From: Paraspadella gotoi
Lineage: Eukaryota > Animalia > Chaetognatha
Assembly (NCBI GenBank): GCA_051294375.1
Contig: CM119266.1
Coordinates: 10,004,607 to 10,068,606, forward strand
Length of the DNA stretch: 64,000 nucleotides
Direction of reading: 5' to 3'
In this document: piece by piece, positions 53,381 through 64,000 of the stretch
Layout: each line of letters opens with the position of its first letter
Numbering within the stretch: position 1 is the first letter of the stretch
Program-made: the position numbers and the translations under genes
Notes under the pieces: model-generated
Seen by the model: only the letters and a program-made list of their open reading frames with translations
Databases searched by the model: none
What the model was told of the DNA's origin: nothing

Positions 53381-53809
53381 ACACTTGGCGGCTTTTGCAA
53401 GCAACACCAATTTGCCAGCGCGCAATCATTGGCAGGCATAAACGTACCATCTCTCGGCAACCAAACGCTAGCGCTTTTGCAGCAAACAAAACTTACCGAG
53501 CAGTTTAGCTCGAGCAATCACTAGCGAGCACAAGGACGAACCTTTAGGCGAAAATCCGAGGTTTGAAACGCTGATGTAATATCGCGACTCTGCCGTTGCT
53601 GTCGCTACCCCCGCTGGCAACGCCGCTGCAGCTCCCGCAATTTCCTCGGATGAGCGCCGCGAACTTGTGAGGATCCGAGAAGCGACGGGCGCCGCTTCTC
53701 TCGGAGTTATATGAGCGGACCGGGCGTAGTGACACCGCACGGAATTTAAAAGACGGAGGATCATCGTTGTTGATTAGGGGAGTTGATTGTGCAGATCGCA
53801 GAGAGCACT

Positions 53810-54130
53810 GGCAGAGGAAATGACAAGAGATGATGGCCCCGAATAAGATGCAGGAGAAATGGTAATGAAGAGGGCGTTTGAGATTGCCGGAGGTGGCGTT
53901 AGATATGGCGATATGCTCGGCGCGACTGTAAGAGATCATGCCTTTAAGATGACAGAGACAATGGCAAGAGAGATGCAATATGAAGTGCAGACAGAGCGCG
54001 GCCTCAGGTGGCGTTAGAGATGGCAATAAGATGGCAAGATAGCAGCATGACAAGAGGAGATGGTGTTGGAATGGTGATAACGATGGCAGAGAAGTGCAAG
54101 AAAAAAATGGCAGATTAGATTGGCATGCGA
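53810..54130. repeat. Very degenerate ~11-12-bp repeat with (ag)atggca core
   Basis: Recurrent agatggca, aatggca and agatgca, e.g. gagatggcaataagatggcaagatagca. Lies in error-prone sequence. Confidence 0.45.
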
Positions 54131-54649
54131 GGAATTTCTTTCCTAAGATGAAGAAAGAAGGCCATCAAAATTCGGTAAGGATGGCGGGAATTGGTTAATG
54201 GCAACGCCGTACTTCTTGCTGTGAAAAGAATTTAAGAAGACGATCATTTGCTGATGATGATGATGATGATGATTGTGATGATTTGTGATGATGCGCGATT
54301 GTCACCGATGACGATGATGATGACTATGTGATAATGAGATGATGTAAGCATGTGTATAAGGATTCCTTGTCAACTAATAAATACTCAGAATGAAATAGGA
54401 AGAGGAGGGAGAAAGTAGGAAAGACAGGGAGAATAAGAGGAGGCGAGGAAAGCATAAAATGATTACTTTGTGTGATGGTTAGATTAAAGAATTGGCATCA
54501 ATCCGAGCGTGTAAATCCTTGGTAATGGTCAAATGTGTCATATTGATTATTGAAGCAAGATTGCGGATATGACCAGTGGCATTTGGCAGAGATTGACGTC
54601 TAGAGGACGGAAATCTGGTTCTTTTAAAGGGTGGCTGTTTGGATTAATC

Positions 54650-55460
54650 TCCTCCCATCACTGTGACTTCTCCTTTTCCCATACTGGATTTCTCTCCATA
54701 TGTGCGATTGCTCTCCGGCTCTGCTCTGTTATTCTTCCTCTCATTGGATTCCTCCCATCACGGGGCTTTCCTCCCACACGGAGCGTTTTTCCTCCCTCGC
54801 GGTGTGGATTCTCTCCCACACGTGCAATTACCTCCCTCATAGGTATTCCTCCCTCACATCGAGACTTCCCTCTCTCTCCCATTTGGAATTCCTTCCCCAT
54901 AGAATTCCGTTCCCCACACGGATTTTCCTCCCACACGGGATTCTTCCCCTAATAGAATTCCTTCCCACGCGGGTTTTCCCCTCACGGTATTCTCTATTCC
55001 TACGGCGGGATTCTCTCTCCTCCTACATCCTCGCGATTTCTCCCACGCGGATTCCTTCTCCACACATCGGGATTCCTCCCACGTTTGTGGATTTCCTCCT
55101 CTACATCTCCGGGTATTTCTACTCTTTTCCGCGGGAATTCCTCTCTTCACACGGTGATCTTCACATTCGACTGCCGGGATTCCTTCCACACGGGATTCCT
55201 TCCTCCACACCTGGGATGCCTTCTCTTTTCTCCTTGGTGATTACTTCCCAACGCGTGATTCTCTCCTAGGATTCCTTTCCCACGCGGTATTCCTCCACAC
55301 CCACTGATTCCTCCATACAGGATTCCTCCCACACGGGCATTCTCCTCACATGATTCCTCCCACCTCGGGATCCTCCCACTTGTTCTAGCGTTATTCCCTC
55401 CACACGTATGTGCTGATCCCTCCCACACGGGATTACCTTCTCCACACCGGGATTTCCTCT
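54650..55460 (+). repeat. Degenerate tandem array of ~16-bp unit GGGATTCCTCCCACAC (left arm of inverted pair)
   Basis: Dozens of variants such as ggattcctcccacacggg, gggattccttccacacggg and ggattttcctcccacacggg. Confidence 0.85.
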
Positions 55461-56114
55461 CCCTTAAATTCGTGAGTTATACTTTTCTTGTTGCATGTTC
55501 CTTTTCAAGGAAATAAATATTATTTGATTCCTCCTTAAAAATAAATATTTTTTGTGTTATTTTTTTCTTTTCTAATTTCTCTATCGTTTTCTTTGTATTG
55601 CTCCTTTATTTTTTACACTTTCTCATTCTCTTTCATTTTCGTGTGGTAGGAAAGTATGTGATTTAAAGCGCTGAATATATTTTTTGATGGTAATCGTAGT
55701 TGAAAACGTAGTTATATTACAGATAATAACCAAAAGTCCACATTTATTGAATTTTCTATAAGTATTCATTTCTACTTCTCTTTATCTCTCTCTGGATACT
55801 TGTACTCTTTTGATTGATTGTCATCCTTTGACCCAATTATGCCAATGTACAACTAATATCTTTGGCCCCATGATTGACATAAATTTCTGCATGGTTAACT
55901 CTAATTCTATCTGTTATCCAAATTTATGCCTCCATTTACTCTCTGTGCTTTTCGACATACATATATATGCAGCTTGACAAATAATGCCCCAAGTTGATTA
56001 AATTATGCAAGTTGACCCTGTTACGTCTCACTCTATTACCACTTAATTATGTGTTATCGTCAATGATCCCGCAATTGTTGTCACCTCACAAAATCTTGGT
56101 TTTTTATCCTTGCG

Positions 56115-57060
56115 CAACCGTGGGGAAATCCCGCGTGGAGAGTGGGCGCACCCTGCCTGTCGTGAGAGCGTTCCGGTCGGGAGGCAAATCCCGTTCGTTG
56201 GAGTTGCATGTGCCCCGCAGTGGGATGGTAAAATACCGCGTGTGGGTAGCGATACTGGTTCGGCGCCCCAGCGAGAAATACCCGATCGGCGGAGGAATCC
56301 CGCGGTGGGAGGCGAGAGATCCCGCCGTGGGGAAATACCGTGTAGGGAGAACATGCGCGCGTGCGGAGAATCGCACGCACGGATGGGCGACGGAAATCCG
56401 CTGGTAGGAGAGGAGGTCACGGGGCCGTGGGGAGCGAAATCCGCAGGTAGCGAAGAGCAAAAATTCCACCGTGGGATGTATATCCCGCGTGGGAGAAATT
56501 CGTGTGGGAGGACTGAATCCCGGTGTGAAAATTCCACCACTCCTGATGGGGAGGATAATCGCCGTCTTTCTGGGAGGAATCCCGACAGCTGCGAGCACAT
56601 TATTTTTATTTGCGCAATTGGCCACACGTGGGCGAATCGCCGGCAATGGGAACCCGTGTTGGGAGGATCCGCCGCCGAATGGAGGAATCCCTCTAGGGAG
56701 AATTCCGCCGATGGGGAAGTTCTGTGGGAGGATCCCGTCGGTGAGGAGAGAAGTGGCCGCGTGGGAGGAATTCCTAGTTGGGAAGACCACGCCCTGCCGT
56801 GTGGAGGCACTTACCGCCTGTATAGAGATGGGTCCACTGAGCGATAGAGTGGGGAGCAATTCCATGGGAAAGGCAATCCCTGAGGAGGAGTGCCCGTTGT
56901 GGGAGGGACCCGTTGTGGAGGAAGAACGTCCCAGCGTAGGCAAGGAATACCCCGCGTGGGGAAGGAATGCACTGTTGGAGCGTGAATTCACACAAATTGA
57001 ACCTTTTCTGGAGTAGAGTGCAGAAGCGATGGAGTCTCACAGAAATGATGGAAGGAAGAG
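56115..57060 (-). repeat. Same ~16-bp repeat array in the opposite orientation (right arm of inverted pair)
   Basis: Variants of cgtgtgggaggaatccc, e.g. gcgtgggaggaattcc, tgtgggaggatccc, ctgggaggaatccc. The outer edge tctcacagaaatgatggaaggaag resembles the reverse complement of ctcctcccatcactgtga at ~54650. Confidence 0.8.
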
Positions 57061-58556
57061 GTGAAGTCAGCTATGATGAATAGGAGAGTCCAGGTCTGAT
57101 GGAAAGAGGGAAAAGGCCGATCCAAGGAGTCGTTGAATAGAGAGAAATAGAAAGTGATGCGACGAGTGATCTTGATTGAGAAAGAAATTTGTGGAATATC
57201 TTGACAAGGTGAAATACTTGAATGTAGTTCCTGATTTGTAAAAAGGTATAAATAAAGAAAGAAAGCATAACGAATGAGGAATGTTTGTCGTCACTCCCTC
57301 TCCCTTCTCTCTCTCTCTCTCCCTTCCTTCTCCCTTCCTCTCCCTCTCTCCTCAGAATAATTAACATATGGAAAATTCCGTGGGGATCCGTGAAAGAAAG
57401 CCCAAAGAAAAAAAAGCAAAGAAAGACAAACACGAAGAGAAAGCAAATGAACATAAATAAATAAATAAATGCTAAATACTAAAAATAAATAAATACAATT
57501 AAATAAATAAAAGCAAAGCCAAGCAAAAGAAAAGAAAGCAAAGAAAGAAAGAAAAGGAAAAGAAAAGAAATTGGAAGAGGCGCCCACGCATACCCGGATG
57601 TTGATTAACTTTACGAGGGGCTCATCTCGGTTCTTCAAAACTCGGATCCCGCTGTCGCCCATTTTCTTTTTCTTTTCTCTTTTTCTTTTTTTTTCTTTCG
57701 CTTTTTTATGTTTGGGATTTTGCTTTTCTTTTTCTTATTTAGCTTTTTTTCTCCGCTTTTTTATACTCGCCTTTGCTATTTTTTTTGCTTTTCTTTCTAT
57801 TTTTCTGTCTTTAAAATTTTAGGGTTTTCTATTTTTCTATTCTTTCCTCTATTGNNNNNNNNNNNNNNNNNNNNNNNNNNNNNNNNNNNNNNNNNNNNNN
57901 NNNNNNNNNNNNNNNNNNNNNNNNNNNNNNNNNNNNNNNNNNNNNNNNNNNNNNNNNNNNNNNNNNNNNNNNNNNNNNNNNNNNNNNNNNNNNNNNNNNN
58001 NNNNNNNNNNNNNNNNNNNNNNNNNNNNNNNNNNNNNNNNNNNNNNNNNNNNNNNNNNNNNNNNNNNNNNNNNNNNNNNNNNNNNNNNNNNNNNNNNNNN
58101 NNNNNNNNNNNNNNNNNNNNNNNNNNNNNNNNNNNNNNNNNNNNNNNNNNNNNNNNNNNTTTCTTTTTCTTTTTTTCTTTAATAATCCTTCCTTTCTTAT
58201 CTCTGCTTATCGTAGTCTTTTCTTCTTTTTTTTATTCAATCGCTTTTTTTCTCGGATAATTTTTCTTCCGCTTCGTCTTCCATCTTCTACTCTCTCAATG
58301 TCTCAATATTCTTTTTCGAGATATCAACTTTCCCGCTTCAGTTCCCTCTCCCTTTTCTATAACTTACCTCGCTGTTCTTTTTCTTTTTTAATCTTATCCC
58401 TTATCATCGTTGGGACCATTTTTATTGTCTTCCTCTTTAGTCGCGGCGTCGGGCGCGGTTCTAGAATTTCGGTCTGTCGGTCGGTTGTATAAAACTGGAA
58501 AAAAAGCATTAAGGCAGGAATTAGGGGTCAAATATTACAAGATTTGAGATTTAGGA

Positions 58557-58617
58557 ATGATAAGACGATTTAATGATAAGAAGATTTAATGATAAGAAGA
58601 TTTAATGAAAAGAAGAT
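58557..58617. repeat. Tandem repeat, ~4 x 16 bp (atgataagaagattta)
   Basis: Read directly: atgataagacgattta atgataagaagattta atgataagaagattta atgaaaagaagat. Confidence 0.9.
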
Positions 58618-59351
58618 GAAAGAGGATGAGAAGGAGGAGATTACGTCAAGGTAAAATAGCGTATGGCATCTCAAAACGGTGAAATAATAATAAAGTTAAA
58701 ATCATATATAGAAATAAAAGAGATAAAAGGCACACAAACAAAATAAGTAATGCCGTGACTGTATGGAGACCGGATCTTCCTTCTTTTTTTTCTTTCCGCT
58801 TATTTCATCCACTTATCATTTTCTGTTCTCCTTTTCCCTATATTAATCTTATCTCTCCTCATCCCCCTTCCATCGCCCACTTTCCCCCTCAATCCCCCCT
58901 CCTCTTCCACACCCCGTCACTCCCCCCCATTGGCGCATCAATCAAGAGGGAGAGAGGCAAGAAGTGACTTTTGTTACAAAGCAGCGCCTGCTTATAGTGG
59001 GGAGTTCGTAGTACCTGAAATTCCCGCCGGGCGAGTCCGCGGCGCTGCTATCAATTTGGAGAAAAGCCGCGGCGCTTAATCGGGAAAAGATAGGAGATGC
59101 CACATTTCCCTCGGGGGAAAAGTGGGAAGGGAGAGAGGCAGANNNNNNNNNNNNNNNNNNNNNNNNNNNNNNNNNNNNNNNNNNNNNNNNNNNNNNNNNN
59201 NNNNNNNNNNNNNNNNNNNNNNNNNNNNNNNNNNNNNNNNNNNNNNNNNNNNNNNNNNNNNNNNNNNNNNNNNNNNNNNNNNNNNNNNNNNNNNNNNNNN
59301 NNNNNNNNNNNNNNNNNNNNNNNNNNNNNNNNNNNNNNNNNNNNNNNNNNN

Positions 59352-59387
<36 letters not shown>

Positions 59388-59745
59388 CCTTGGAGCGATT
59401 CTTCGCATCCATTTTCTCTCGCATCTCCAACTCAGGATATTGTACTTCCGGCTTTTTTCTCATTCTTCATATTTTCCTCTTCCTTCATCCGAACACGATT
59501 TCTTTTTTTCTCGCTTCCATTTTTTCTGCTCTTTTTTCGAAAAGTGCCCCATTTCTGTTCCTGAATACCTGAAGTTAATTTATTTTCTTTAATAACGATT
59601 ATAATTAATATAAATAGTACATAGTACTATAGTACTATAGTTAGACATAGATGTAAGTCTTCTTCAGCACTGAAAAAAAATATAAATCGTTCTTATTAAT
59701 TCTTTAAAATGTAATAAAAAGAAAGAAAAAATTAAACACTGATAA

Positions 59746-59866
59746 ATAACCCTAATCTATTACCAATTATTAACCTAATCTTAAACTTTAATCCCTAACC
59801 CTAATCACAACCTAATTGCTAACCCTATTCATTAACCTATTTCTTAACTCTAACCATTAACTTAAT
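59746..59866. repeat. Degenerate (taaccc/taacct)-like hexamer repeat, telomere-motif-like
   Basis: taaccctaatc...ttaacctaatcttaaactttaatccctaaccctaatcacaacctaattgctaaccctattcattaacct. Confidence 0.6.
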
Positions 59867-62231
59867 CTTTAAAAATTAATTATTTAATTATTTTAATTCT
59901 GACTTTAGGATGAAATGGGGCGTTCTGGAAAAATAAAGCCCATTTCTCTTTTCCTTTCTTTTTTTCTTCCTCTTTTCCTCTTTTTTTTCTTCTAATCTTT
60001 TCGACCAAATTTAATTTCCTGTCACCTGACAGACTTTTTTTTATCTCAACCGAAATCTAATCATCTTTTTTATTTTAAAGTCGCGAAATTTTTATTAAGT
60101 TAATAACAACAACGACAACAACAACAACAACGACCGCGATTCAAGGTTTCGGTTAAGTAACCTACTTCATTCGGTCGTTCGCCTCTGCGGGGCCTCGAGG
60201 AATTAATAATTATCAAATTATTGATTTTTTAAAAAACATTAAAAAAAATATATAACTTTTGGGTTGAAAGCATCATATCTAAACTTCAACTACGAAAAAA
60301 GTTAATGAAATCAACGTTTGAAATAAAATTTCTTTGACTTTGTGGCTTTTACTATTGCGACGTCATAAACCCACAAAAAATATTTTACAAAATTCAAATA
60401 TTAAATAAATAGCGATGACATTTTACCAATCAATCAAATCCTGATCTTGATTGATCCCGTGCAGATGTTAGCGGTCAGTCTCCGAACAAACCACACAGTC
60501 GCACCCTGATCTCAAAATGTCCCTCTCTTTTTTTTCTCTTCGCCTCTTCCTCCCTCTCTTCTCCTTCCTCCCTTCTCCCTCCTCCCTTCTCCTTCCTCCC
60601 TTCTTCTNNNNNNNNNNNNNNNNNNNNNNNNNNNNNNNNNNNNNNNNNNNNNNNNNNNNNNNNNNNNNNNNNNNNNNNNNNNNNNNNNNNNNNNNNNNNN
60701 NNNNNNNNNNNNNNNNNNNNNNNNNNNNNNNNNNNNNNNNNNNNNNNNNNNNNNNNNNNNNNNNNNNNNNNNNNNNNNNNNNNNNNNNNNNNNNNNNNNN
60801 NNNNNNNNNNNNNNNNNNNNNNNNNNNNNNNNNNNNNNNNNNNNNNNNNNNNNNNNNNNNNNNNNNNNNNNNNNNNNNNNNNNNNNNNNNNNNNNNNNNN
60901 NNNNNNNNNNNNNNNNNNNNNNNNNNNNNNNNNNNNNNNNNNNNNNNNNNNNNNNNNNNNNNNNNNNNNNNNNNNNNNNNNNNNNNNNNNNNNNNNNNNN
61001 NNNNNNNNNNNNNNNNNNNNNNNNNNNNNNNNNNNNNNNNNNNNNNNNNNNNNNNNNNNNNNNNNNNNNNNNNNNNNNNNNNNNNNNNNNNNNNNNNNNN
61101 NNNNNNNNNNNNNNNNNNNNNNNNNNNNNNNNNNNNNNNNNNNNNNNNNNNNNNNNNNNNNNNNNNNNNNNNNNNNNNNNNNNNNNNNNNNNNNNNNNNN
61201 NNNNNNNNNNNNNNNNNNNNNNNNNNNNNNNNNNNNNNNNNNNNNNNNNNNNNNNNNNNNNNGAGAGATAGAGAGACATGGGGAGAGAAAAAGAGAAAGA
61301 AGGGAGATAAGACAGAGAAAGACAGAGAAAAAGCGAAACAGAGACATCAGCAGCCCGTCTTCTTAACTTTCTCAGCTTTAATCGCGCATAAAATTAAAGA
61401 AAAAAAAAGGCTGTCGAACCTTTTTTCCCCTTGAAAAAAAAAATATTCCCGGTTAATTGAAGTTTTGAGGCGAAAAAGGAGATCGTTTTTCTCAAATCTC
61501 CAGAGACTCGAACGAGGATCGTGATTGGCTTATTTCTAGGATCGCTATTGGCTGATTTCGATCATCGCTTTGGCGCAAAAATCGAAGCGATTATGTTTTT
61601 GGATCGAATCCAACTCGTTGCCATTTTGTTTCTCCGTCTTTATATATTGAAAGGAGGCGAGAGAGCCTCTTTGGGTGATTTTTTAAAAATGGATTTATCC
61701 GAGCTTTTTCATTTTCAAATTTAAACTTACTGTACAATGTACAGTGTACATAGTGTTAGAGTTTCATTATAACTATTCATTACCTATTTAATTCTTTTGG
61801 CGATTTTTGAATGAGTGTTTTTTGGATCTTTTTTTTTAGAGTTTGCTCGAGATTTCTTCTATCTTTCCATAACTAAATCGTGTCATTTAGCTCTTCCATA
61901 TATCAATACATTCCATACACAATTTAATCCCTTTTTATTACGGATCGATTCATGCGGTTCATCCCGCCATCTTCCGTCGTAATACTCGATCCCCCAGATT
62001 TATGAGTTCTTTCCCGCTCGATTGGCCATTCATCTGTTCTCTATTGCTTTTTTATGAAATCGATTGCTTCGTCGTATTCGTTGTCCCTCAGTCCACCCCA
62101 GCCACCTCCACGCCCCTTCCCCCTCCACCCTCTTTTTCTCTCAGCTCGTGTCTTGACCCGATTACCAAAGAGAAAGAGCGTGTCTGATTCGGTTTGGCTC
62201 TCGACGCTTCGACGTTTCTCGCTCGATAGGA

Positions 62232-62339
62232 TTCAATTCTGCCCTCTTCTTCAATTCTGCCCTCTTCTTCAATTCTGCCCGCTTCTTCAATTCTGCCCTC
62301 TTCTTCAATTCTGCCCGCTTCTTCAATTCTGCTCTCTTC
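62232..62339. repeat. Minisatellite, 6 x 18 bp (ttcaattctgccc[t/g]cttc)
   Basis: Six near-perfect head-to-tail copies with no spacers. Source of the (QFCPLL)n and (KKRAEL)n ORFs. Confidence 0.95.
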
Positions 62340-63541
62340 TTATGAGATTTTGGTCTCGTCCAATGATCTGCACGCCCTAGGGTTTTTTTAAAATTTTTAT
62401 GCTTGAAAAAAAAAATAATAATTAAGCAAGCTCGTACTTTTTCGTACATGCATCTTTGACCAATGACTCGTTGTAAATACACAGACTAGTTTTAGGCCCA
62501 GTTTCTCGAAGCATTCATTTCCTCTGTAGCGACCGCTTGTTATTGACAACATCATTTGAAAAACTTTGATTCAAATAAAATTTTNNNNNNNNNNNNNNNN
62601 NNNNNNNNNNNNNNNNNNNNNNNNNNNNNNNNNNNNNNNNNNNNNNNNNNNNNNNNNNNNNNNNNNNNNNNNNNNNNNNNNNNNNNNNNNNNNNNNNNNN
62701 NNNNNNNNNNNNNNNNNNNNNNNNNNNNNNNNNNNNNNNNNNNNNNNNNNNNNNNNNNNNNNNNNNNNNNNNNNNNNNNNNNNNNNNNNNNNNNNNNNNN
62801 NNNNNNNNNNNNNNNNNNNNNNNNNNNNNNNNNNNNNNNNNNNNNNNNNNNNNNNNNNNNNNNNNNNNNNNNNNNNNNNNNNNNNNNNNNNNNNNNNNNN
62901 NNNNNNNNNNNNNNNNNNNNNNNNNNNNNNNNNNNNNNNNNNNNNNNNNNNNNNNNNNNNNNNNNNNNNNNNNNNNNNNNNNNNNNNNNNNNNNNNNNNN
63001 NNNNNNNNNNNNNNNNNNNNNNNNNNNNNNNNNNNNNNNNNNNNNNNNNNNNNNNNNNNNNNNNNNNNNNNNNNNNNNNNNNNNNNNNNNNNNNNNNNNN
63101 NNNNNNNNNNNNNNNNNNNNNNNNNNNNNNNNNNNNNNNNNNNNNNNNNNNNNNNNNNNNNNNNNNNNNNNNNNNNNNNNNNNNNNNNNNNNNNNNNNNN
63201 NNNNNNNNNNNNNNNNNNNNNNNNNNNNNNNNNNNNNNNNNNNNNNNNNNNNNNNNNNNNNNNNNNNNNNNNNNNNNNNNNNNNNNNNNNNNNNNNNNNN
63301 NNNNNNNNNNNNNNNNNNNNNNNNNNNNNNNNNNNNNNNNNNNNNNNNNNNNNNNNNNNNNNNNNNNNNNNNNNNNNNNNNNNNNNNNNNNNNNNNNNNN
63401 NNNNNNNNNNNNNNNNNNNNNNNNNNNNNNNNNNNNNNNNNNNNNNNNNNNNNNNNNNNNNNNNNNNNNNNNNNNNNNNNNNNNNNNNNNNNNNNNNNNN
63501 NNNNNNNNNNNNNNNNNNNNNNNNNNNNNNNNNNNNNNNNN

Positions 63542-63581
63542 TGAATGAATGAATGAATGAATAAATGAATGAATGAATGAA
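63542..63581. repeat. (TGAA)n microsatellite at a gap edge
   Basis: tgaatgaatgaatgaatgaataaatgaatgaatgaatgaa. Confidence 0.95.
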
Positions 63582-64000
63582 CAAATGTGGTTTCTCTTCT
63601 TTAGTATTACTATTACCCAGTACACCTTAACAGAGTCATGTGACTTTGAACAATAATAATTTAATAATATGAAAAAATGAATTTAAATAAAAGAGAAAAT
63701 AAAAAAAAATTATATTCTGTTTGAAAAAGAAGGAAGGAAACAATTTTGAAGAGACACATGGTTCTGACGAATGAACAGAAAGAGACTCCGCCCCTTTTTT
63801 CCCTTTTTTTTCCTTTTTTCCCCCTAATTTTATTAGTTTCTTTCGCGAAAGAAAATTGAGAATCGAATGAGCGAAGGGAGAAAGAGAGAACATGGGAGGG
63901 AAGTTGAAAGGAAAAAGAGAAAAAAGGGAGGACGAAAGGAGGGAAGGAAGGGAGGAAAGGAGGGGAGAAAGAAGGAAGAGAAGGGCGGAAAAAAGGGGAA

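Noticed and set aside
56043-57040. Overlapping 180-295 aa ORFs on both strands
   Set aside because: They lie in the GC-rich 16-bp repeat array, which is poor in stop codons, and carry no domain signal.
57395-57854. Purine-rich tract facing a pyrimidine-rich tract as a possible hairpin (also 40903-42428)
   Set aside because: Complementarity is only compositional (A-rich vs T-rich simple repeats), not a specific inverted repeat.
59746-59866. True telomere or interstitial telomeric array
   Set aside because: Short, highly degenerate and internal to the scaffold, with no run of perfect TTAGG or TTAGGG units.
62232-62339. 18-bp direct repeats as a CRISPR array or repeat-protein CDS
   Set aside because: Copies are head-to-tail with no spacers, there are no cas genes and the context is eukaryotic. 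ORFs on both strands simply reflect a stop-free unit.
60475-63625. Long ORFs of 255-357 aa (and similar X-filled ORFs elsewhere)
   Set aside because: Almost entirely translated N-gaps.
1-64000. rRNA, tRNA, conserved bilaterian miRNAs, bacterial (e.g. endosymbiont) insert
   Set aside because: None recognised by eye and there is no gene-dense operon-like segment. Infernal/Rfam and tRNAscan-SE runs would be needed to exclude small RNAs formally.

Overview
This is a eukaryotic (invertebrate or arthropod-like; taxon not determinable) draft-scaffold window, not a prokaryotic locus. It is mostly non-coding, CpG-rich and packed with microsatellites ((GA)n, (AAAG)n, (GAC)n, (GCC)n, (CAT)n). It has about 28 N-gaps (roughly 5.5 kb). 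Seven gaps are exactly 25 N. Four of them adjoin error-rich, insertion-biased second copies of nearby sequence (660-1788 vs 1814-3010; 11140-14900 vs 15086-22050; 28612-28990 vs 29125-29920; 38920-43400 vs 44185-53380). These look like unpolished long-read gap-fill, so over a quarter of the window is probably assembly redundancy. Most ORFs in the supplied track are products of low-complexity DNA or N-runs. Structures that look biological: (1) a microsatellite-free, GC-richer block at about 24.1-27.8 kb with minus-strand GT-AG introns and an AATAAA, read as a frameshifted multi-exon gene or element I cannot assign to a family; (2) a 920-bp fully palindromic TA-flanked MITE at 32239-33158; (3) a 2.4-kb foldback-like structure whose arms are inverted arrays of a ~16-bp repeat (54650-57060); (4) a promoter-like motif cluster at 30.4-31.4 kb; (5) several minisatellites. 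I found no rRNA, tRNA, CRISPR array or confidently nameable gene, and no well-supported novel system.
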